Origin: Neoechinorhynchus agilis
Lineage: Eukaryota; Animalia; Acanthocephala
NCBI GenBank assembly: GCA_051530055.1
Contig: CM121341.1
Coordinates: forward strand, 15,602,784 to 15,666,783
Direction of reading: 5' to 3'
DNA length: 64,000 nt
Part shown: in pieces, positions 12,285-23,941 of the stretch
How positions within the stretch are numbered: position 1 is the first letter of the stretch
Layout: every line of letters starts with the position of its first letter
Made by a program: the position numbers and the translations under genes
The notes under the pieces: generated by a model
The model's database searches: none
What the model saw: the letters and a program-made list of their open reading frames with translations, nothing else
Told to the model about the DNA's origin: nothing

Positions 12285-14050
12285 AACCCAACCACGTCAC
12301 CGTGCAGTCGCCATCACGTTAGCAGCATTGCCTCGTTGAACTGCAATCGAGATATTTTGTCGCAGGAATACACCTGTTCGTGCGTCGCCGGTCGTTTCTC
12401 TCAATTTCTTCGAGAGATCCTGGGGCAGAGTGAGCGCCGAGCTGCCAAGCGTTCCATACGTCTCTACCCCAAAGGGGACAAAATAGTGAGCCCTCGATAA
12501 CTGAATATATTTGTGTATTTTCCTCCCTTCCGCTGCACTGAATGCACCTTCAGCGATTTTCAGTACGGAATGTTGCTTACTGCCGCGAGTGTCCACATGG
12601 GACCCAGAGAAGGCATTAGCCCTCCCGCCACGGAAAGACCGAAATTCCGTTAGGTCGACGACCATTTAGTCGACAAAGATGGGTGGGTTCCAAGATGCTG
12701 GGGAAGTTCGTCGTTCTCAACGCCCGAGAAATTATACTATTTATCTCAGAATGGCGTGAGAACCTTCCTCCTGACTTTAGGCAAACGAGACCGTGTCGCC
12801 CGAAAGCATCAACCAAAGACCCGCCTCGACAGCGATAGGGCGTGCATATCGGGAGACTTAGTCTTAAGGACACTGCGATCCTCGTTACCTTATCAGTAAG
12901 AAGAGTTCCCACTGGTGCCAGAGGAACAGCCTCCAGCCATGCCCCGATTCTCGTGTCGAAACTGCCAACAATCTAGCTCGGACGACCCCATCGCGAGAAC
13001 CTGAAAGTAGAGAGCTCTAGCGACCAGAGGTCTGTTCCAGATAGACTGTCTGAGGCCATTCACGGGAACATGGTTTGCGCCCGTCTGCTAGCACCATTCT
13101 TCAACTGCCACCACAGTCTTGGTCAAGACAAAACTTTTCCCTCAGAATTTTCTGCGCTATCGGTTGACTCCCCTCATACGATCCAAGGAAGGCTGGTCCC
13201 CAGATGACGCAGGTAATGAAGCTTGCCGCCACGCCTCATCTGAGAGCTGGACATTTAAAATACGCTCGAGACAAGCCCTCACCTCGTCGTCGAGCTTAGC
13301 CAATCCTTCCTTTATGTTTGAAGAATGTTGCTGTGCGGATCTTATATAACAATTTCGGGATAAAGAGTGCGTTCTTTATCAGAAATAACGCTTCGTGAGC
13401 TGAGAGAGCGCTCACCCTATCGCACAGCAACGAAAGTTTCGGCACGATACGGCCGATCTCAGCTTCCACATTTGAATCAAAGACGCAACTACCCAGGAAG
13501 CTGAATTGCTCTGGAGTCACGAGTTTCAGACCTGGAGCTACGGCCTCGAACCCATCAATTTGCTCCTTGACTTTGGCGGCGTCTTCGATATTTAAAACTA
13601 GAAGCTCACACTTTCCAGCATTGAGCTCAATGCTTATCTTCGAGGTCTCCCTAACCAGCGTCTCTAAATCGCGCTGTACAACGGAGGGATCACCTTCGAG
13701 CGTAGCGTCATCCAAGTACCGAGCGTTGAAGATGGAATGGAGAGAGTGCGCTATTGGATTTACTGTTAGGGAGAATGCGATTGGACCTAGAGGATCTCCT
13801 TGCTGCACTCCTCTTTCGGACCAAATGAGGTGGTCTTCGAAGAGCAAAGGAGTCGCGGTCCAGTAGGCATTGAGAAAATACTGGAAGGCTTCTTGTGCTT
13901 GATCCCTAATTGCGCTGAACTTGCTTTCTCTATTGAGAGAGTTAAAGGCGCTCTGAAAATCACACTTAAGAATCAGGCACGGCTCTGAATTCCTGGTAGT
14001 AAAGTTTCGGAGCGCGTGGACAATAGCTTCCGTCCCGTCCGAGAAATTAC
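12285..14050 (-). mobile_element. CRE-like non-LTR retrotransposon (RT domain, CCHC, RLE), 5'-truncated
   Basis: GTEAIVHA, KCDFQSAFNS, GVQQGDPLGP, RYLDD, GAWLEAVP, LRLSLPICTPYRC...HGLVC...RHSEIN, RRPNG..FPWREG, VPFGVETYG and IAVQRGNA; frameshifts after 13296. Confidence 0.88.
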
Positions 14051-15700
14051 GGGTGATTGCCGATTTATGCATACCAGCGTATATCCCCGCTTTCATCGCC
14101 CAAGGATGGTGAGAATCTCGGTGCATCACAGTCCACTTCCTGCATGGCTTTCGATACCAATTGAAGTTGGATACATCGTCGGATTTTAAGCGGAGATTGA
14201 GGAATGGCAGGTAGTCCGAAGGTTGGTCTCTCGTAACCCGAATCCTCCTATTCGAGTCCATTGAATTTAATAGTGACTCAATGGTATCGACCTCATCATC
14301 CTCGGTGAAGGTCAGCAACACATCGTCCACATAGCGGAGGTAAACTTGACTCGACGCTAAATGTGGATAGATGTGCTGTCTTTCCAGGTCATCGAGGTAG
14401 AGGATGGCCAATACCGGAGCTAAACTATTTCCCATTGCAAGACCACGAACTTGCTTATATAGCTGGTTTCGATAACGAATAAGGTTGCACTTTAGTACCA
14501 ATCGTGTCAGACCAATAACATCGAATGGAAGTAGACCGAAGAGGTCAAGATCCTCATTCTCCTTCAACCTTTTCTCCAGCGCACGTACTGCTCCCTCGTT
14601 GTCCACATTGGTGTACAATGCTACGAAATCAAAAGACATTACGCGACTGTTGGTCAATTCATTCTGTCGCGATCGCAGGATTGATAACAGCTCATCAGTA
14701 TTGCTCACAAATGCCCGTGTCCTCCGTAGCAATGGACCGATAGCCGAAGCCAGGAAACGAGAAACACGGTACGCTGGTCCATTAACCGCAGATATGATTG
14801 GTCTGCATTTCAGCAATGAGGCTGCTTGCGGTGTAATCGGAACAATAGGCATCTTGTGTGTCTTGACCAATCCGTACATCACCGGCGTACGTAATGGTCC
14901 GTGTGTGAAACTGCTCACCCCTTTCAACTCTCTAGCCGAAATCACTTTTCGAAGAGCAGCATTCAACTCCTTGCGCTGTTGCTCGCATTCGTCTTTTGTC
15001 GCCATTGTATATGTATCAGTGTGACCCAATAACGTCCCCATCATCGCACTTTCCACGCTGTTTTCCATCGCCACGAGATCACCTCCCTTATCGCTCACTG
15101 TTATCCTCATCTCCTTCTTTTGCACTTTCTCTTTCAGAGACCTCAGTGCTCGTCGTTCACTCAACGGAAGATTCGGTTTCGAGCGGTAATCCATATAACG
15201 ATCCGTCAAGTTTTCTATGCCCTATCGCAACATCTACAATTTTCTCTCTGTGTGATCATCAGCTCTCGGTACTGCGAATACATTCCTTTCGAAATCAAAA
15301 TGCGGTCGAGATCGCGAGACACACTCAGGTTCACAACTAGGCGGTGCATTAGCCTCTGCAGCAACCAGACGTTCCCCATCACGAACAGCTTTTACCCGTA
15401 GTTGGTACGCTAAGCGCGCGACGTCCACTTGCAATTGGAATACATCCTCTTTCCTCAGTGTATGTGTCGGCGCAAAGGACGGTCCACGTGAGAGAACCAT
15501 ACGTTCATCTCTATTCAACATTCCATCCGGAATGCACGTCATCCGGTCGGTGAGTAGGACTTGACTCCTCGGTCGGCTCGGATCGACCTTCGATTCGCAT
15601 AACGCGGCATATTTCCCTTTCATTCGATCTTTGGAACACGAAAATTCCTCCTTTCCCAACACTTCTGACAAATACTGCTTACATATATCGAGATCGTTCC
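14051..15700 (-). mobile_element. Penelope-like element: N-terminal region and RT, no GIY-YIG
   Basis: LSRGPSFAPT, ITVSDKGG, YGLVKTHK, CRPIIS, SFDFVALYTNV, GLAMGNSLAP, YLRYVDD, LPFLNL, WYRKP and SHHP; two in-frame TAG at 15236-34 and 15224-22. Confidence 0.88.
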
Positions 15701-17071
15701 TCGCAATAGATTTTGGAATTTCATCGATTCGCTGCGTCGTATCCATTTTTGCCCTTATAGCTCGAATCTTGTCGTACGCTGCAGTCGAAATACTGTTATT
15801 AAACATCTCCATATATCCCACTCGGTTTTTGCCATTTTTATTAATTACTAGTTCGCCAACATGGTTTTTCGCTATTGACAAATAACCAATATGTGGAAGA
15901 TTTTCAATTAATTCGGGATTGAACGATTCCAAATAATTTTCAGCCAACAATAACACCTTTAGATTGACATTATTTTTGAAGAGGTTTTGTGGTAGGTCAT
16001 TGATTCTGTTTCCGCTTAGAAAGAGAGATGTTAATTCTCTTAAGTTCCACAATGCCTCTTCATCAATCACTTCGATGTCATTGTACGACAAATCAAGTTT
16101 CCTAAGACTTTGCCAATGGTATAGGTCGTTCGAACGCAACGCGGAAATTCGATTGCCCTTAAAGTTAAGCGATACCATGTTTGCTCTTGTAAACGAATTA
16201 CCTTTTGGAACATTTTTCCAAATTCGCTTCCAAAATACCAAAGTGCTGAATATTCGGTGTCATTTCTAGCATACGAGAGTTGATAAAGCTGGTAGTTCCA
16301 CCGTGAAGCATAAGCTTGCACAGCTTGAGAAAGCTACAATTTTGCTTGATGAAATCTGCTAGATCACCAGAATTCGAAAATTCCAAAGAGCGCATATTAT
16401 CCGGTTTAATATAAAATGATTTAACTGGATTGCCATACACGCTGACTTCCTCAAGCTTTGTTAAGATTGAACCATCACTGAATTTTGCATTCTCGATGAG
16501 ATTGTTGGACACATCGAGAGTTTTCAAATTACTCATTTTTGCGATTATCTCAAAGTTATCGTCCTTCAAGCGATTGTTGGAAAGGATGAGAGTATGCAAT
16601 TGCGGCAAATGGACATTCATTCTTAAGCCTAGCCGGTATATCTCATTTTCCTTTAAATTAAGTTCCTCGAGATTGCGAAATCCCTGAAATGCGTCATCTT
16701 CGATCTTTTTTATCAGCCCGTTTTGGATGCGAAGCTTTTTGAGATGTTTGAACCTTCTCATCGCAGATTTGGTCAGAGTTGACAGTTCATTGTATTGTAC
16801 GTCTGGCTTAAAAACGAACGCGTCATTGTGAGGAATAATAAAAGCCAAATCGATTGGAATCTCGTTCAAATGTGCACCTTCAACTATAATACATGATAAG
16901 GTCAATTAGCGGTGATCCGATAATTCCCGTTCCACAATAAATGAAAATTTTATAACCTTTGTTGGCACCGAACTGAGCACATTGATGTTCCACTTCGTCG
17001 CCATTGACCAATGCAGATAGCAATAAATATGTTACCAATGTGCTCGACAAGAAGGAACGCGTCGAGAACAT
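15701..17071 (-). pseudogene. Secreted LRR protein, copy B (5' two-thirds, fused to Penelope ORF)
   Basis: Matches 54186 down to 52788. Carries the same 29-bp deletion as copy A (16892/16893) and a +1 insertion near 16215. In-frame junction EIPKSIA|RNDLD. Confidence 0.9.
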
Positions 17072-17601
17072 TGCTCTTAGTTAAGAAGATTTCTTCAAAA
17101 ATGCCCAGGTACTTATGGTAATGGTATGAGGTGAGTAACTCCTTTAGCAATGCGTTATCTTTAGAATTCTAAGAAATACACGTTACTTTTTGTGAAGAAC
17201 TCCGTAGTGGTAAATGAACCTACGATGTCAAAAAATTGTACAATCCGTCACGCCTTTTGAAACCTATGTAAATGATCAGTTGGTAGATTGTCGACTGATT
17301 TTTCAACGCATGTTATTCTTTTCGATTGCCCTTATTTAAGCAAGTTAAGCAATTTAGCTTGCTTTCAGTCGACAATTCACCAACTGTTCAACATGCAATT
17401 GAGCAAACCGATTTTGGTCGACAAAAAATAAATTTATTTTCAATCGACAAACTTGCTCAAATAAGTCCAATCTTTGTAAATCAAGGATCGAATCGTGCTC
17501 GAAATTCGTATTACTGTCCATTATGACCTGTCGTTTTATCCTGCATGACAAGTTGAAGAGTCTGCGAGTATAGCCAATTACGAAAACATTACGAACCAAG
17601 A

Positions 17602-18439
17602 AGCATTTATGCACGATCAAGTCATTTCAAAACGGCAAGATAAGGCAATTGAGGATGTCAAAAATGCGCTGTCCAATGCTCAAGTACTCATACCGTACGA
17701 TGGCAAGAGTCCAATACGCTTCATGTGCGGCGCTTGCGAAAAGGGTCTAGGTGCTATTTTACTTCAGAAAGATACCGAAGAAGAGTGCAGACCGGTCGCT
17801 TATTGCTCGAGGACTCTCCGACCAGCCGAACAAAAGTTTACCCAGATTGAACGTGAAGCATTGGCACTGGTGTACAGCGTGACAAAGTTTAATTTTTACC
17901 TGATGGGACGCGCCTTCACGTTGGTGAGTGACCATAAACCCTTACAATTAATTTTCGGAGAAAATCGGAACTTAAAAAAGACTTCAAACCACAGACTATT
18001 ACGCTGGGCGATTGTCTTGTCCCAGTACAATTATCAGTTAGTTCACATTGACGGTAAGAAAAATGCAATGGCAGACGTACTATCGAGGTTTAGTTCAAGA
18101 ACGGGAGACAGTCCAAAAAGTATTGACCTCAAAGAAACGACGCAAAATGAAATATCTGAGGTCTTGACATTATCATTGCAATCTTTGAAAATCGCAACTG
18201 GAACAGACTCCGAATTATGTATGGTGAGAAAGTATGTCGAAACGAATTGGCCCAACAAGATCCTCAGCGCGTTTCATCTTTATACGGCAACAAATTGCAC
18301 GATACGTCATCAGCCAATCGACTCATCAATTTTACCCAGATCTTCTCATTGTTAAATGCATTGGATCAAATGGAATCCAACATGGACGAGTTACACCCTG
18401 CCATCCTAAGTCAAATGGACTGGCAGAACGGATGGTGCG
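17602..18439 (+). mobile_element. Ty3/Gypsy RNase H and integrase remnant (duplicate)
   Basis: Translation identical to 5097-5843 and 5722-6132. Confidence 0.9.
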
Positions 18440-18567
18440 TGTGATATTGAGCGTCGCAATCGACCGATCGATAGTTGCGGTTTCAAGTGTGCGCACGTTC
18501 GTTTTGTTATTTCGTTTCGTTGGCTCAATAAAACCTAGTTCAGGTCTAGTTCAGGCATATATTATAA
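18440..18567 (+). mobile_element. Short LTR (duplicate of 5928-6055)
   Basis: Identical to 5928-6055 and preceded by GTGCG. Confidence 0.7.
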
Positions 18568-19001
18568 AAACCCCGATCTCACAAAATCCGCCCAATCCAA
18601 TATTGTTTATCGCTCAAATTACGATTACCCTATCTTCATCGTAAACAATGCCACAAAGAGGACCCAAAGGTACATGAGTCCAACTCTTGTTATCTAACAA
18701 ACAAATAAACGTGTTATTATTATAAGGTGTTTATCATAGTAGATTTTGCGGCTTACGAGTTATAGATGACGTTTTTCATATCAGCCTACTAATCTGACTT
18801 AAATTTGTACTTCTCGCCTTTCCTCAATTCACTCATAAAATGCACGTCCACTTAGCAAAGCTTTTTAATTTAAAACTATTTAGTTGTATAGTCGGAGCTG
18901 AAAGGCTCGACGACATTATGATCAACTTCTCAAAATGTTTGTATTTCTAGTGCCCACATCAAAAAATTAAAAAAAGCAACTATTGACCCCGTTTCGTTCA
19001 T

Positions 19002-20111
19002 TTACCGCTTAGCCACCCGTTTGCTTCGTCTAAAATTATTGCACTAAGCTATTAAGAATTCGCGAGCAATCATTGTCTTACCTTTTTCTTGGCTTTCGTT
19101 TCAGCACTTTAGTCACCACCACCATTTTTCGTCTTTGAAGCTCCTCATGCTTCTCATGCAGCAAATCGTTATCCACCTCTAGAGTCCGAAGACATCCGCT
19201 CACTTCTTGAGAAGTTCTGTAATCAAATGGGGAAAGCTTTTCCGCGTTCCTAAGGCGAAGTGTCTTCAATTTTCTACGAATAAGTCGTTCATCTCTTTTA
19301 TCTTCCTCATTCTCGATCTCCGAACAAATTTGCTTTATCTTATTCAGGTCAGCAAGGTTTTTCTTGGCTATCTTTTCTCGTTCATGCCTCCTCATCTCCA
19401 ATAACGCCAACCTTCTTCGGAATTTCTTCTTTTCCGTCTTCGGTTTCGGTCTTGGTTTTACCTGCTGTACCTCAGTTGTCTCTCCTTCACTCGAGTCTCC
19501 TTCCAGTTCTTTCTTATTAGTCGTACTGTCCAACCCTTCCCTCATTTCTTCAACAAACGTTTCCCAACTTCTCTGTTTCATCTTTTTGGACCATTTCCGA
19601 ACTCTCTCCAACTCTTTCTCAGCCTTAAATTCCTTCCGACCGATCCTACTTAAATAATTGTGGTTCAATACCGCATCAGGATTATAAGAAAATCCATCGT
19701 GCATGCGTACGTCGCCTTCTTCGATGATGAACCACCATTTTCCGAGAACGAAAATGCACAAAGTGGTCCATTACCTTTTAATTTCAATTTATCGGAAAAT
19801 CTTTTCAAAACTTTCGATGACTTGCTTTGCCACAAGTCACATTTGGCAGATGCGATTCCAGCGAGCTGTTTTGTACGCATGGGAAGTTTTCTACTGGTTG
19901 GCTTGAATTTGGGCATTACAGGTCGCCGAACTGTAGCAATTAATGGCACCTGAACTGCCAATGACTTCTCCTGCGCTACAAAATCTGGCACTTCAATCTT
20001 ACGCCAGTTCTTACGACGATGCTTCACTAATTTCTGCTTCATTGAATTCAAAGTCTGAAAGGTTTTTATTAGAGGAAGAAACATATTTTGTTGGAAAGAC
20101 ACCAATGCCAC
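19002..20111 (-). CDS. NOP53: Ribosome biogenesis protein NOP53/GLTSCR2 (start ATG 20111 or 20042)
   Basis: KHRRKNWRKIEV (cf. yeast KKAWRKNID), CDLW, GFSYNP and SGCLRTLEVDNDLLHEKHEELQRRKM. Predicted intron 19081-19030 (GTAAGA..TTAG) gives the end RRSKRVAKR*. A probable ~56-nt intron near 19776-19721 joins the two frames. Confidence 0.8.
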
Positions 20112-20619
20112 ATATTTAAATCACTCATCTATCCCTAGCAGCTAAGATCGCACCTCAAGCTAATAAAGCAAACTTTGAACGACTTGAGAATAGCTTATGT
20201 GTTTGAGTAGTTTAATATTGATGCTATAAATGGCGTTAACTTATTGATTGGTTACGCACACATCAGATTGAAAAGTCAATAACGATGTTCTTAAATAATT
20301 CGTAGAAGCTACAAAAATCTTATAATAAGGCATGGATGATAAAAAGGTGCATCATTGGCTTCACGTTTAAAGACTAATTAACTTCTAAAGAATTGTAAGC
20401 AATTTTTACATAGCGATTATTAGGACAGATCAATACATTAAATTTTAATCCACTGGACTAAGCTATTTTTAATGAATAGCATTTGTTATTTTTTGCTCAC
20501 TACAACTTTGGATTATATAACGAAATCGAACTTTAAACGGTTTCAAAAATATTTCGATGAACCCGGTGTTTCCTTGCAGTCAATGTTGAATTTGCTCAAA
20601 ACCGCAAATGATCTAAACT

Positions 20620-21446
20620 TTAATAATCGTTTGATCTTTCAGCGACAGTTTTAAGTTTTCCGTAAATTTTATTACAAGGTGATCCTAAAAACGGATGAAT
20701 TGCTTTTTCTTTTGACATTTAAATATGAAACTTACCCATGATAAGGTTGCAAATTGCTCTTCGTGCATTTCGCATATTTTCATAACTGCCCAACAAATGA
20801 ATACGCCTATAAATTGACCGGGTGATTGCTAAATGAGACAAAAAATTCATTACGAGTCAGCAAGGACAATTCTTGTCTTTGTAGCATTTTCTATTGCATG
20901 CTTAGTCCGGCCTTCTTTCCCCGCGATTCTACCAATAGCCCTAGATAAATGGTCTCCTTTAAGGCGTTTCACTAAAATGTTCATTACAGAATTTTTGAAA
21001 AAAGGTTCGCCTTTACCGTCAGTGATATCGAAAGATTCCAAGAAGAGATCATCTAGTCTTATTAATGCTACAGCGTCCTTTGGATCGAACCCGAGCGCGA
21101 AAGCCGTGAAGAAGTCGATAGCCTTTTGCATCGCATTTAAGTTTTCCGTTTCTTTGCATACTCGCAGTTCAACTCGACGGCCCCGGAAATTGTATCTTAA
21201 TTGTAGCTTAAGATGTTCAACCACAGGAGTATAAAGTTCCTTCCAATGTTCTTTTAGTGGAGTAACTCTATTTGGCGGAATGTGAACGGAGCGAATGCCT
21301 TCTGGAGGAGGTTTAGGTCGTCGATCTTTCTTTTTCACGTGTCCTTCGGATGTAACCTTTTTACGAGATACTCGACGGCGAGGATCGTCTATAAATCCAT
21401 CATTTGATTCCACTTCCATAGGTTGCGGCGGCGGCGAATTTGACAT
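20620..21446 (-). CDS. PNO1: RNA-binding protein PNO1/Dim2, 3 exons (21446-20854, 20806-20736, 20684-20620)
   Basis: [64 protein letters not shown]; 47- and 51-nt GT-AG introns restore [26 protein letters not shown]. Confidence 0.95.
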
Positions 21447-23941
21447 TTTCACATTGTGGGACAAAAACTAAAAGAACTCAGCTACAAGCATTTCTTCTGT
21501 GTGTATGTACGCCGGCTTTTTACAAGGATTATGTTAAATATAATTGTAATCGAAAATTGGTTATCGATTAACTTTACGTCGGTTCACAACGCATTGCGGA
21601 GATTTATTCTCGAAAGCTGATAGCAAGGGCAAAAATAAACATCAAAAAACAAGAGTTGAGTTCCGAAAAACTTCAAATTTAGTCTTAATATTAATGCATT
21701 TGTTCTTTGATGATAAGAAGAGTAGATATCGATTTATTGTTCTCAATATTTCGTCCGTCTCTTCGAACTTCTTCAGGTTGTTAGCTATTAAAAGACGCTC
21801 AAGATTCACAAGTAACGTCTGATCCGTGTTGTTTTTTTATGACATTCTCAGACAAACGAGCGACGCCGAAAGATCGGGATTGACCTTTTTGTCGCGTCAA
21901 AACAAGACGTGGATCAACGAACTCAGAGTAAACTGAGTTGTCAAAAAGGGGCAAAATGTTTCACTCTTAGCCGCAAGCCCAAAAAGGGACGAGAATTCTG
22001 TCGCTAACGATACAATAATGGGGTGTTTTAATAAACAAATGAAATTCCAATCGACACTAATAAAGTCTTTCAGAACCCAATGAGTGCTTCTTATATTTCG
22101 AATAAAAGAAAGGAATCGCTATAGAGGTTCCGTAAGTTTACTACTATAACACGTCTTAACTCCACTTTCAGATAGTTTCTTATCAAAGACAAAAGTGCTT
22201 TATTGCCCCATCCTCTTCTATTTAAATCAATTTTCTCGAGTCCTTGCACTCCCACTAAGCCACGGTTCTCCATTCTTCAAACCGCATACCGAAAACTTAT
22301 CTAAATAGTCAGCGAAACGCACGTCTTTTTAAACTTTGTCAAGACTCCAGGTTTTTGCAGTAGCTAACGAGGCAACAAATTCAATTTACAAAGTTCGATT
22401 GATATTTCCGATTGTGAGAGTCGACCGAGTACTTTTACAATTATCAATGTTGTACAATCGCTATATGCCTTTTCTAAATGGATTTGGAAATTCGAATTTC
22501 TTATGAACGCCGCGCAGTTGGTTTACTGTTTTAGCACACGAGACATTGCCCTTTTTTGTTTGTTATCAAGAACATTACATTTAATTGAGAATTTTTTATT
22601 TTCTTCACACAATATTTAAGTTGTTAGTTCAATTTTAGCAATCGTAGTTTTACTAAAAAGACGATATTCAATATTTTTGTGAGATTTGATGTCAGATATA
22701 TTTTGATTGACCTTTTTTCCATAAGTATAAGTAAAATTATAATGTTACTTAAGCGTATCACAATTTCGTAGCTGAACATAAATCTTTTTATTCAGTTACA
22801 AACTCAAATCTGTCCTTAACCGCGACCTGCCCCCTTCGCAGACACTTTAAATTAGGCGCACAAAATGCGAAACTAAGACGCTAATTCTAACAAAGACATC
22901 AGAGGGATCTTGTATCTTTAGGGGCTCCGAGTAGTTCAAGCGTTAAAGACAAACACTTTATTCTGGGTCTTTTGTTTCAACCTTAATGACTTTGCACCCC
23001 TTCGCCGTATGCGCGTGTATTATTACCTCAACGAACAAACATTCAGTCGAGAAAGGGGATAGTAATTCCCGTGAGACTTCTTTAATTGATCCGACAGATC
23101 TGATAATCAAACATTAATGAGACATAAACCGAGTATAAACCCCTGCCTTGATAATAACTGACCCTTAAACCACCATTCCACTGGTTGTTTTACATACTCG
23201 TATTCGCTATAGATTGGAATGTCAACAAATATGGTTGTCACACACACATGCGTAAACTCATACCAGCTTCTGACATTTTAAATTTGAAGAGCCGTCCGAG
23301 AGCGAGATGAAAAATGTCTGGCCTAAACCAGCATAGTCTGGTGGCACCGTCAACTCTGTCAATTGTACTTTTCTCGCCTTATCTACACAGTACCGATCAT
23401 TTAGTATCCAGGACGGCTTAACAAGTGTCTTGAGAACGCGCCGAAACCATTTTTTGTCAGCTAATCAAGTAGACTGGGCTCACTTGCAAGAAAAATTGCG
23501 GAATTTCGCATATATAAATCGGGACGGTCACGGTTCCATTTTGTCTTTGCCGGGTTTTTTGCGTCACCATTCACACACCAAATTCCTGGGAGCAAAAAAT
23601 CTGATCGACTTTTCGGATTAGTGCGTTTAAAGAATGCAAAAGGAACAAGCGTCCGTTGTTGAGTGCGTGTTGGCATCATCCATATAAAGCCTCTTCTTAA
23701 TGGTCTCTTAGCTAAATATTGGATATCGGCATGTTTGCAGACCAATCGACCTAACACAACAGTCAACTAAATATTAGACCAATGTGCCGTTCTCGGAAAT
23801 GTGTGTCTCAAGCCCCAAATGCCGCCGTCGCGACCCTTTGGTTTCCATTTTTCACACCCTAATCGCAGCACCATACGGCAAACAACCCCCTGCGTTGTAG
23901 TAGATATGAACGTTGAGTGCCGTTTCGATTGACGAGGAGAT

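Larger units (their letters stand above)
16350..20630 (+). repeat. Direct segmental duplication, copy B (parental copy, contiguous with PNO1)
   Basis: See copy A. This copy carries the apparently intact NOP53 and continues into PNO1. Confidence 0.95.

Noticed and set aside
15222-15236. TAG reassigned to an amino acid (alternative genetic code)
   Set aside because: Long Gln-containing ORFs (643-aa LRR, 345-aa ValRS exon, GAPDH, RGS exons) have no internal TAG. The two TAGs in the PLE fit ordinary C>T decay.
20472-20654. Short plus-strand ORF (also 7943-8176) as a gene
   Set aside because: It overlaps the PNO1 3' end antisense, has no recognisable domain, and is duplicated only as part of the segmental copy.
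21480-23420. Protein-like fragments between PNO1 and Ena/VASP
   Set aside because: Short frames with stops; no consistent exon chain or motif could be assembled by eye.
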